The translations under genes and the position numbers were made by a program. This document shows, piece by piece, positions 1 through 12,900 of a stretch of 64,000 nt of DNA. This DNA comes from Hormiphora californensis (taxonomy: Eukaryota; Animalia; Ctenophora): assembly GCA_020137815.1 (NCBI GenBank), contig CM035356.1, positions 744,001 to 808,000 of the forward strand, given 5' to 3'. The notes under the pieces were generated by a model. That model worked only from the letters and a program-made list of their open reading frames with translations. It made no database searches and was not told where the DNA came from. How positions within the stretch are numbered: position 1 is the first letter of the stretch; each line of letters opens with the position of its first letter.

Positions 1-827
1 TTCGTGTATATCCGATTTATGGTTAGATTTGGGCAAATTGTTGAAATCTGCCAACTAGGAGAACCGTAACTTGATTTTCTTGTTTTTTGGATTTTGGTAT
101 TTTTGACAAACTTCTGATTGAAATGGTCAATCGGGACCCTGCTTAAGTTGTTTATGGGACAATTTTCGACTAAAATCCAAGATTTCATACCAATCCAATA
201 ACAGATCGTTGATTTATAGAAAATTTAAGTAGGCAAAACGGTGAAAATAAGCAAGAAAAGTTTGACCGTTTTGCCTACTTAAATTTTCTATAAATCAACG
301 ATCTGTTATTGGATTGGTATGAAATCTTGGATTTTAGTCGAAAATTGTCCCATAAACAACTTAAGCAGGGTCCCGATTGACCATTTCAATCAGAAGTTTG
401 TCAAAAATGCCAAAATCCAAAAAACAAGAAAATCAAGTTACGGTTCTCCTAGTTGGCAGATTTCAACAATTTGCCCAAATCTAACCATAAATCGGATATA
501 CACGAAAACTTGGTTCTTGGTAGAAAAATGCCCATTTTAACGATTGGCACTAGTTTCAAATTCCTATCTCAACGTTTTCAATGGTTTAGGGGCCAAAAAC
601 CTCCAAAAAATGGTAAAAAATCAACTTTTGACCATTTTACAGTCATTTTAGAGATTCGACTTCAACGGCAATCGATTCTACGTGCAAAAATAGATGGGGG
701 TGACATATTTCGTGTGCTAAGTCATTATGAACTTTTCGGGATCACGTTTAATATAGCCAATTTTGACCCAAATCAAATAAAAGTAAAAAAAAAGATTTTA
801 GGCAATGGAATGTTTTTTCCCGCACCG
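1..827. mobile_element. Foldback/long-TIR non-autonomous DNA transposon, left part outside the window
   Basis: 1-242 is the near-perfect reverse complement of ~265-506, with a ~22-bp spacer. The sequence ends ...TTTTTTCCCGCACCG followed by TA (828-829), a plausible Tc1/mariner-type end. It lies upstream of the first filamin exon seen, probably in an intron. Confidence 0.7.
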
Positions 828-969
828 TAGCGCCATTCTGTAGACCCTCAGCTACCACGTACAAGTGGTGGTTTCCCGTAGCATGCTAGGTCGTGTTAAA
901 GTTTCACCAGGCACGCCGTGACTTATAGACCAGCATGCTGCATCAAAACTAATTTCGAATAAAATCTAG

Positions 970-3900
970 GCAGCACTAGATGCATTAGCCCTTGATGGAG
1001 TGGATCTAGCGGGCATAAATGCTTCATCATTGAACAGCGGAGATATACTACAACTACTAAGGTAAAAATAAAGTGGAGTATTGAAACAGAGAGTCAAAAG
1101 ACTTCAATTGGGAGCTGATGTTTTAGAGATGTTCTATAATTTTAACTATCCAGATTGGTATGGATTGTGGTGTTGCGGTACCAGGTCACTCTATGGGATG
1201 AGAATGGGATTGTAGAGATTGAGCCTGTTGAGGCCCTATTTGCCTGGTTGCAGAGACACGTTCCTGACATTGATAGAGAGTAAGTAGCTTGATTGGATTA
1301 ATCCAATTCAGTACAAAAGCTAGCTCATAACATAAAATCATTAAAACTGTTTCTTCAGAAATATCACAACTAAAACTGCTCCTTTAGAAATATCACAACT
1401 AAAATTGCTCCTTCAGAAATATAAGCAATAAAACTGCTCCTTCAGAAACATAACCAGTAACTGGGCCAATGGGAGGTTGTTGACATTGCTGGTAAATGAA
1501 GTTGCACCGGGGCTGTGCCCAGGTGGAAACTACACACAACTGGAAAACGGGCTCATGTTTATAGAGAGAGCAATGGACAGAGCTGAAGCCTGGCTAGGTG
1601 TACCACAGGTTTGAAATAAAATCCTATCATTTATATACATGTTTTAATTGCAGAAGCCTGACATTGTGTCCGTGCTAGAGTATGAACAATTTAAAGAAAT
1701 TCTAAACTTATACAGTCGGACCCCGATTTAACGGCACCCTCGGGGGAAAGGGTTTTGTCCGTTAAATCGGGGTGTCCGTTAAATCGGGGTAGAGCCTATT
1801 TGGCCCATAAAACCCTATTTTTGTCCAAAATGCTATACTAAAACACTTTTAAATGTTAAATTGAAATAAAGTATCCATGTATTGATTATATAATCATTTC
1901 TGATTAGGAAAGGAAAATAATTTAAAAAAATTTATGAAAAATTTTCTAAGGTACACTACTACCAACCACGACCGAATCGTTTTTCGAATCAGTGCATCTT
2001 ATCGCATGTCCTGTCGCTAATTAGACGGTTCGAAACGAACCGATACGTGATACCATGCAGAATCAGGGCACTTTCAGCGGAGTGAGGAAGAATTCGAATT
2101 TCAAAATATCTTTTTCTCTGAAAATTCATGGGGAGCACCGATCAAAGCATTGACAATCATTCTGTAAAATTTTGCAAAAAAAGTTGTGAAAATTTTTCAA
2201 AGGTTTATCAACCACGTTTGAATCGTGTTTCGAATCAGTGCATCTTATCGCATGCCATTTCGCTAATTAGACGGTTCGAAACGAAGCGACACGTGATCCC
2301 CATTGAATCGCAATTTTGACGCTTGGATAACTTGCAATTCGATGGGCCCAATGGAGATCACATATCTGTTCGCTTCGAACTGTCTAATTACCGGCAAGAC
2401 ATGCAATAAGATGCATCGATTCGAAACACGATTCGGACGTGGTTGATACACCTTTGAAAAATTTTCAAAAAAATTTTCAAAAAAAAATTCAAAAAAAATT
2501 TTGGGGGAAATTTATCCTGCCGTTAAATCGGGGTGCCGCTAAATCGGGGGCCGTTAAATCGGGGTCCGACTGTAATAGTAATGTAGTCGTATGGAATATA
2601 GATTACTCATGATCTTCTTTTTTCTAGGTGGTACTACCTGCTGAGATTCATTCTGAGGATGCGCTGGACGTACACTCCCTCTTCACCTATCTCTCGCTCT
2701 TCCGTCATGCGGAGCTGCTCAAGGACGGGGCACCTCTCTGTTTCCCTGAAAAGGTCTGTTTCTTGGTTACAATGGTTCAATATCCATTCTAGTTTATTAT
2801 AGAGATCAATGGTTTCTGATCTGGGCTGATACTGTTTTTGATGCTAAAATGTACCAGCTAAAACCCACCCCTCCTATTCAGTCCTTTGCAATTGGATCTG
2901 GTATCACGGGAGAGAACGTTGTTCCACAGTTTATAACTTCATTCGACATTGACTGCCGCAAATCAGGTCTTGGTGATCTTATAGTCAAAATATCCGCGGA
3001 TGGTATCAAGGTTAGTATCAATCACACTGAGCTCATGGAGAATCTTCAATATCAGAGATAGAGTCACAGAGTTACTCGACCCATGAATACATAACATAAA
3101 TAAAGAGTAGAATCGTGGAGGGGATTTATAGGAATTGTAGGAAGGATTCTTTTAGAGTTTTAGGAAAACCAACCTAAACAATATGTTCCACCCAGGTGCC
3201 CTACAAGGTGAATGTGAATGGAGGAGTGGTAAGTATCTCCTACATCCCACCTACACCCGGAGTTTACACCATTGAGATCTTACTTGAGCATGAGCCGATG
3301 CCAGGTTTTCCTAAAACCTTCAACGTTCACCCCGCTAAGGCATCCCCCGCACACTTCATCAAGGTACCTCATGACGTGTTTTATTTATTTGTTTATAGAT
3401 TAGCGCACCCATTTCCAAATTATATCATCGAGATGATGGCCTTAGAATATATTTAAGTTAACGTGACGTTCAATTCAAATGTGACGTAGCCGACTAAACA
3501 CCCCTCTTTCTAATCTTAGTATTTCTAAATTTCACTTCTTCTTCCAGATGTCAGGTCCAGGTCTTGAAACGGGGCTAATGTCCGGGTCTCCCACCTACTT
3601 CGCACTTGCCTACGATCAATCCACCATTAACCCAGACCTGATAACCATCTCCATCATCGATGAGAACGGAGTCCCCTTCACTAACACCACAGTGCAACAC
3701 CAACAGAATCTATCAACTGTGCTGTACACACCCCCCTGTAACAGTATATTCGAGATAAACGCCCTATATCAGGGTGTCAAGGTGCCTGGGTGCCCGGTAT
3801 TTGTGACTGTCATCCCTGATATGCAACAGATCTCAATAACTGATCCTGCCATCCCATTACCTACCCGGGATCAAGGGTTCATTCTACGTGAGGAACATCA

Positions 3901-6900
3901 GCACCTGCTGGTCAGGGCAAGTTGAAGATCCGTGTGCACCCTGAGAATCCGTCCCTCCCTTCCCATCCAAGTTGATGATATCGAGGCAGGAGTGGTTCAG
4001 GTGTTCTTCACCCCTCTCCTGTCCCTAAATCACAAGATTAGTGTGTCTCTAGCGGGGACCAAGAAGGAACCCATCACTGTACCTTGTTACCCCTGTATCG
4101 ATAACATCAAGGTTCTTAACCTGCCACAGGAGCTGGGGGTCGATACAAAGATCAAGTTTAACATTGATTGTACGGAGGCAGGGATTGGGGAGTTGTTTGT
4201 TAACATCCTCGATCCTGGCATGAAGCCAGTCGATGAAGGCTGAGCTGCACCTCATTTCTGAGGAGTACTTTCGAAGGTTTCATACATTCCCCGGATTGCG
4301 GGTAGTCACTCCCTCTTCATCAGCTACGACTCAATGCCCCTGCCCCAGACACCCCTACAACACACCATAGTGGGGATACCATCCCGTCCAGTTTCCCAAT
4401 CTGAACCGAGTGTGGGCTCCAAGCTCCTACCCATTCGTCCTGGGTATCCTCACTCCATCAAGATAGAGCTAAAGGATATCCCAGCACCTCCTACCTCAAA
4501 CCTCAAAATTGGGCTCACTAAAGATGACGGGACGACCATCCAGTGTTGGGTAGAGAAGGAGAACGAACTGAGTTACATTGTCACCTTCACCCTCCCAACA
4601 GTGGGCGAGTATTCCATCTCCGCTAAATTGGACTCAAAAGACCTGCCCGGTTTCCCCTATCTCATCACCGCGGTACCGGATCTAACCAGGGTAAAGGTTG
4701 GCATGCCCGAGCACGCCCAGGAGGTCCACAAACCTGTCACGGTTGTCATAACAACCCACGAAGCAGGTCCTGCTCTTCTCGAGGTTCTCGTTCGGGATCC
4801 CACTAAAACCTCCCTGTTGGACGCAGTGCTGGAGGAAACGGAACCCTGTACCCACCAGCTCCACTTTACACCCGGAGTGCCCGGTGATTTCCAGGTTATA
4901 GCCCGATACGGTGGGTTAGATCTCCCTGATCTGCCATACATTGTAAAGGTTGCTGAGAACCCAGCGAACCAAGTTACAGTGGAGGGGATAACACCTAATC
5001 AGCTCTGTTCGGGGAACACCAACTTCACGGTATCCACCCCTAGGGATGGAGAGATAACGGTCAGAGTGGCTGGCCCTGATGGTGCTGATATTCCAGTAAC
5101 AAGAACGGTGGAAGGTGCGAACAGATTGAGTTTCTGTTACAGTTCAATAGTTCCCGGCGAGTACAGCTTGTCAATCCTCTGTAACGGGTCTCATGTCCCC
5201 GGGTCACCCTTTATATCACGTGTCCTGCCCAATGTCCGTGGCACGGTCTTTACTCCGGGCAATCTGAGTGAGGTATGTGTGGGCGAGAAGGCCGTGTTTA
5301 CTGTGGATTGCAGCAACGTTGCAAAAGGACCTTTTGTCAGCTCGGTGTACGATCCCAACGGGAGATCCTTCCCACCTTTTGTCCAGGAAACTGCTCCTCA
5401 GATATACGAGGTGTCCTTTACAGTGATGATGGAGGGTCAGTACGCAGTGGAGCTAAAATGCTGCGATATCTTCCTCCCTATGAGTCCTTACCTCGTTCAC
5501 CCTGGTAAGGATAAACGGGAGCTGAAGGTGGTTGGTCTGAACAAGAACCACCGTGTGCGGCCCGGTGAGGAGGTCTCCTTTGAGATAGACACCACCCAGT
5601 TCGGGGCGGGGTATCCCGAGGTTTACCTGACTGACTCGGCCAACAAGCCCGTTATCAATTATACCATGCAGAACGTGGCTGATAAGAAATTCAAGGTGTC
5701 CTTCAAGCCTACCAAGGTTGAAACATATACCATCTTGGTGAAAAAGGAGCAGAGAATGGCCCCCAACAGTCCATTCACCCTGACCTCGGCGGTGAATACC
5801 TCAAAGGTAACGCTAAGCGGTAAGGGTATAGGTGAGGCTGAGGACATTGTAGCAGGGAAGCAGACTGAATTCGTAGTAAACTACGGAGAAGCAGCACTAG
5901 TTGGTTCTGTCACAGTAGAGATTCTCGACCCAGACAACCACGCAATAGATCTGAAACTCGACCAAAACGGGGAGTACGCAACGGTGAAGTATACCCCTCA
6001 AACCCGTGGTCTATATACCGTCTACATAAAGTTATGTGACACCCTCATTCCTCCCTCTCCCTTCCAAGTGGAGGTCATGCCCCCTCCCATCACGAGCAGT
6101 AGTATCATTGTGCACCGTGAGACTGGCGAGGTCATCACCACTGGTAATGATATCACCTTCTCCGTTGATGTAACTCAACATGGCGCCGGGTCAATCGATG
6201 TCCTTGCGGAGGTAGTTGGCCGGGAGGTGGACATTGAGCCCACAGTGGAGTACCGAGAGGGCGTGTTCCATGTGAGGGTACCCACGAGTGTGAGTGGGGA
6301 GTACGTTGTCTTCATCAAGTATAACAAGAAGGATATCCCCGGAGCGCCGTTCAAGGTCCTCGCCAAGTGTAATCCTGGGTCTATCACCGCTGCTGGTGAG
6401 GGGGTCGGATCTGATAGTAAGGTGACTTCCAAGACGGAAACGAACTTTAATATCAAGTTGAACGGTGAAAAACCGTCAAATGTGGTTGTCAATGTCATTG
6501 ACCCGTACGGGTATTATGTTGACACCGTGTCCACAGAGGCTGCACAGGATCAGGTGATGGTAAAATATCTGCCTATAAAGACAGGACAATACGTGGTGGA
6601 GGTGCTGTGTGACGATGAGCACATCTCAGATTCCCCCTTTTCTGTTACGGTTGAAGAGGTCTACTCTCCCACCAGTCAGGTCCACCTTGCCGGCAACATG
6701 ACTGAAAAGAACGTGTTTCAGTTCCAGGAGGAGGCTGTGTTGTTGGTGCACGGTGTCGAGGATGCGGGTATTGAGGTTAATATCCGGGAAACTAATGATG
6801 GGAGAGTGGTCCAACCGAGCAGGATCACGGAGAGTGAGCAGGGGAGCTTGAGCATTGTCTTCCCCACCTACCAAGCGGGAAACTTTGAAGTTTCAATTCT

Positions 6901-9900
6901 GTGCGGAGAGAAGCACATCCCTCACTCGCCATTCAACTATCTGGTGACATCGAAGGGCTCAGAGAAGGTTGTCATTGAGGAGAACCAGGATTATAATATT
7001 ACCGTGCTGGAAACACTACGGATCCCGGTGAATACAAGGAACGCGGGAATTGGAAAACTAACGGCCAAGTGCCACCATGTGAGATCCAAAACGAGCTGTA
7101 AACTCCAAACGGTCCCTAAATCTGATGGGAACTATGACGTCATATTCCAGGCTCCCCAGACTGGGGAGTTCCTGCTACATGTTTATTATAACAACGATGA
7201 GGTTCCAAACAGCCCGGTTATGGTGGTAGCTAAGCCATCATCTGAAGCGGAGACATACCGGCTAAACCCGGCGTGTACCCGTGGTGTTAATGGGGAGATG
7301 AGGTTTACTATCCATGGCAGGCAGACAACTAAACTTGTGGTGCGATGCATGGATCCAGAGGGAGAGCCCACTCCATTTGATCTCAGGTACAATGATGAGA
7401 ATACCTATACCCTGGAGGTCATCCCTGACGCAAGTGGGAAGTACCTCCTGGAGGTGTATTACAATGGGTTCCTTATTCAGGGGTGTCCCAAATCGTTTGA
7501 TGTGGAACTGAAGAGCACTGTAGAGTACAACTCTGTTGTGGTACCGGATCTCAATAACATTGAGTTGAATGTAAACCAGTCAGTTACCTTCCCAATCAAG
7601 GTTATTGGTATGGGTCAGGGGGATTTGTTGGTCACTTGCCTTGATCCCAATGGACAGGAACTTGATTTGGAGGTATTGAAGGAGGCCGAGAGTGCTCTGG
7701 TCACCTTCCGACCCCTAAAGAATGGGGTTCACAACCTATCCGTTTCAATCAATGGATCCTTTGTTGCAGGAAGTCCATTCCAGCTATACGTCAGCAAGCC
7801 TGAGGGAGCTAAATCCTGCACTGTAAAACACGAGGGAATTGTGAACGGTAGTGTAAAGCTTAAGGTGCTCAAGAAGTGTGAGGGAACCCTCCAAGTGTCG
7901 GGGTCGGGTCCAAGTGATATGGAACTACCATTGTCGCTCACAAACATCTCCCGAGAAATCAGTTGCATTGACTTTACTCCCACTGAGCTAGGAATGCATA
8001 CTATTGATATCCTACTGGATGGTAGTCACATCAGGGGAAGTCCCATTGAGATTGATGTCCAGACCCTTGATCCCATCGACGGAGATGTTGATATTGTGGA
8101 GAATGAGGTCTCTGAATGTGATTCCATCGCATCCCTCCAAAAGGCCATTGTCTACCTCCAGCTGCCTGAAAAGATGCCCCCTAAATACACCATCAAGTGT
8201 AGGGACGCGGCCAACAATGAGGTCTTTGTGGAGCGAATCAAGACTGATAACAGGTCAGTAACGGTACGATTCCAACCGATCCAGCGTGGGGAACACTCCA
8301 TATACCTTCAATCTGACACCACCTCAACCACAACATACAGTGTGTTCATCCAGGAGATAACCTCCCAGGAGTCAGCGGCATATGCAGCGAGCAGTGATTT
8401 CCGTGCCAGGACCTCAACCCCGGACTCGGTTAACAAGTTTGATATCACCTCCACGGAACAGATTAGGAAGCCAGTCTTTATCGGGGTAACAGAACCAACT
8501 GTCTTTACCCTCAAGGAGTGGAGAGGTAGCTCCATACCTCTAATTAGGATCCTACACTTGGCAACCTGTACTGTTCTGCCCCACACTATTGCAGAAAACA
8601 AGGACAAAACTTTCAGTATCTCATGTCGACCGACCCAGCCGGGGAAGCACCAGATCTCAATCACATGTGATGCTAAACCCATGGCAGGAACTCCCCTACT
8701 CTTTGATGCCCTCCAGATTCAAGGATCAAAGGGAGTTCTACTGGAAGGAGCAGGTATAAACTCTCCCCTTGCTGTCATGGAAACCGTGGAATTCACTATC
8801 GATGCTCGTAACGCAGGTCCAGGGGTTGTGGAGGTGACGGTTTGTAACTCTTATGGTTACCTGCCAGTTGAGATAACTGACCACTGTGACTACACCTACA
8901 CCATCAGATACCAACCCATCACCGTGGGTGACTACACGGTGGAGGTGTTGTTCAATGGTGAAAGTGCCCACCAGACACCAAGAAAAGTGGCTGTCACTGC
9001 CCACATGGGAAAGGATCAGGTTCAGGCTAGGGAGCCTAAGATAAAGCGAAGAGTGAGGAAGAGGAATGAACCGATATTCGCCGGATCGGAGGATCTCACT
9101 GAGTTCATTGTCGTGTATGACACTAAGAACCCTATCAAATTCAAGATATGGAACGTAGAGGCAGAGGAGGCTGTCAAGTATAAAGCTAGGAGACACAGGG
9201 ACGGTACATTCTCGTTGCTATGCCAACCAGACAAACCTGGTAACCACGTTATCAAGGTCTACGAGAACGGCTCACTCATCACCAAGATGCCCTACAAGTT
9301 CTACGTGTCCAAGGGTAAGGGCACGGTCGGTGTAAGTGTATCTGGTCCTGGAATCTTGGAGGGAATTCCAATTCACAAGGAGACCTACTTTACTATTGAT
9401 ACAAATGAGGCAGGCCCGGGTGTGCTGGAGGTGGCAGTAATGCAGGGTAAATCACCCATCCAGGTGTCAGTGTCCAGCAAATCTGACTACATCTTCACCT
9501 GTAAATACATGCCCGTCTCCCCTAAACCAATCAAGATCTCGGTGCTGTTCGATAAGAAGCATGTGATTGGTTCCCCGTGGAGGATTACACGTGTAGGGGA
9601 TAGCCCTTCTCCCACGGAGACTGCTGATGAGGAGGATGAGGAGGATGACTTGATCTCGGAGGGTAGTGCGTTCTCCATACCGCTAATAGAGCGGACTGCT
9701 GCGTATTGTGGAGCGGTAGGAGGAGGAGGTAGGTCCAAAACAGGTTCTGCTGACACTGAAAACTCGTCTGGTTCCTTGCCAACCCTTTCATTTAGTATGC
9801 CCATCAAGGTCACCATGGAGGGTGGAGCGAGGTATATCAAGCTACTCCTACCCATTAACGATCTACCAAACCTGACCACTCCACGTGTATTCCACGTGTC

Positions 9901-12900
9901 CTCCGGGTCCAAGATACCAGCGGCCATCGTCAAGTCCAGACATGGTTATGTGCTAAAATGCTGTCCCAACCTGTTCGGACAATACAAGGTCAATATATTT
10001 GACAGGACAGGGGATGCGGAGGAGCCCATAGTTTACTTCTTCTTCACCTTTGTAGAGAGTATTCCCGCTCTGACATCGAAACTATTTGCCCTCCGGTCCA
10101 TCCATCCCACGGACTATTTCCCCGTTGAGAGTGATACCACCAGCCCGGTGGAGATAGAGCTCTCCTGTAGAAAGGTGACAACCCGAATTGAGGTTAACAC
10201 CATGGTCATGTTTATTGTTCCCAAGTACATGTTAACATCTCCGGGTAACGTTACCATTGCTAACAAGAGTGTTAACCAGTACGTGTACACAAAGACCCTC
10301 CTCAGAGAAGATGAGAGTCCGGGGGTAATGTGTTACCCGACCACTCCGGGAGAGTACCAAATCACAATCTACCCATCGAACTCGGAATCTGTTGAAATTA
10401 AAGTTCAACTTTACCGTCAGTGAAGGAAGATCTTGTGAAGCTGCTGGGAAGACCTTGGATGTTTCCCGACCGGTGGTTGCAAAGACCCGTGGTGGCGCAC
10501 CATTCATAACAACTGACACAGTAGTCGAGGTTACTAACGTGGTTACCGGTGAGAGAGTGCCTGCTTCCATCAAATCAAAAGGGAGTGGCGAGTATACTAT
10601 CCAGTGTGAACCGAGTGATCCAGGTCGGTATAGTGTGGTGATGAGTGTAAATGGTGTACCTGTAGCTGGCAGCCCAATGTTCTTTAACATCGATCCACCA
10701 TCATGTAGAGGAAAGACGTATGATGTGTCGGGGGAGGTGCGGCATTGTAAGCAGGAGATCAGGTTCAGACCGGACGAGCAGTCGATCATCAGTGAGGATC
10801 AGGAGGATGATGGTCAGGTTACCGTGCTCCAAACCTCCCAGTGACACACACAGTTTGATGTCACGTGACAGCAAGGATAGACCAACGGTTAAACCGTGCA
10901 GTAAAGTCTTCCGATCCCTCGCTGAGAAGAAATACAACTTCTACCGCTCCCGAAGTCAGATGGATCAGGTGGATACTCTCTCAGAGACGAGTATCACAAC
11001 GACGACACCTACCATAATGGAGGATGGGGAGGAGACTGAGCATCCCGTAACCATCATCCTACCTTACTTCCCCGAGAGATCTAACATCTCTGTGTACAAC
11101 ATGAGCACTGGTCATCTGATCAGGAGCCGGGTGGTAAGGAAGGATAACGGGACAATCGCCCTGCAGTGTCATGTTGTGGAGGAGGGGAGACACAGGGTTG
11201 ATGTGTATATCGATGGTAAACTGGCATCATGTGGTCCTCTGTATTTCGATGTCTCCAGTTGGGACAGTGCTACCCTTGGTAATCCCTTCAAGGAAGGAGA
11301 GACTGGAGACCCCTATACTGTGGATGCTCTCCCCGATAATGGAGGGATCCAGTATGACGACATCAGGATAGGGTACGCCTCCATTGAGGATCACATCCCT
11401 GTTTCCCTGAGCAGTTTCAGTGAGGGTTCAGGGAGATGATGATGAGGGAGAGCACGCTCAGGAGATCAGGATCCAGTCATCACTCCACCTGGATGCCCTG
11501 AAGGTCTCCGTGATTAACGAGGACACTGGTGATAACCTGGCAGCTAGACTGATTGAGAGAAATGGTGATTATGTAGTGCGGTGTAGACCCACAGTTCCCG
11601 GTCATTACCGGGTTAATGTGTTGGATGGAGTTGATGATGTAGAAGGGCAGCCCATTTTATTTTGATGTCCTCCCCCAGCAGTCCAGTAGCTCTGCGGTGC
11701 CATAACTTGACATCATCACCTGGATTCACCTCGGGCTACTCCGACTCAGCGGGATCATCTCAGAAAGGCATGTCTGGCTCACGACGCGAGATATACTTTC
11801 TGAATCCTGGAAATTGTGATTTTGAACGGACATTCTCCTCTTTTGGAGAAGCGGAGATTCGTGTTCTGTGCAGACACACTGACTAACCCCCAGACCTCCC
11901 TGACTATCGAGGGTAGTGGGGAGGCGATTGATACCAGCACGGCAGACAATGGAGACGGTACCTTCACATTACGGTTCGTGCCGCCCCGCAGTGGACGTTA
12001 TAAACTGGATGTGTGGGACAGTATCAGGACCCTTCCTGGCAGTCCCCTTCTTCTTTGATGTCAATGAAACAACGACTGCCTCGGTCCCGGACAACACCAT
12101 CAACTATCACCCACCAGGGGCAAGCGGTGCCAGGTGCAGAAGAGTGAGCACACCTGCCTGAGAATCCCCATGAATGGTGTAGAGAACATTGCTGTCAGCA
12201 TTACCGGGGCTGACACAGGCGAGAGGATATCGTATAAGCTGCAGCAGGATACTCCATTCCTACAGTACAATCATCTGTAAACCATACAATGCTGGGGAAT
12301 ACACGGTGACCTGTGAGGGACTCTCGGAGTAAAGCTCATCTTGGGATCAGTCCCTTCTACTTTACCGTCACGACACCCAGCATATCCAGGGATAGAATCC
12401 CACGGTATGATAGCCCCGTCGAGGGTATACGACAGGAACATCTGACAGTTAAAAGTTCTAGCTTTCACCTCAACTCACACGGGGATTGTGTATGTGTCAG
12501 ACGCACAAACGCACTACCTGACCCGCCGAGGAACGGCCCCTAAGTTCATCCTGCCCTCCCCTACAACTCCTGAGATCACCATAACAGATGTGATGACGGG
12601 ACGAGATATCCTTGTTCACTGTCAAGCCATTCCAAGAAGGGAGTGTGATGATCGAGGTACCTGATTATGTTCCGGGGAAGTACCAGGTCTCAGCTCGAAG
12701 TGGCCGAGAGGACATCCCCGGGACACCCTTTACCTTCCAGATCCCCGATACAACCTCTAGTACTACGGAGATAGTCAGTACTGTGAGTGGGGTGTTTGAG
12801 CTGCAGAACATTGACGAGTGCATCAGACGGGGTGATCCGATAGTGCTGACAATTGTTGCGGAGAATCATCCCGTTACCAGGGTGACCAACCTAGCAACCA

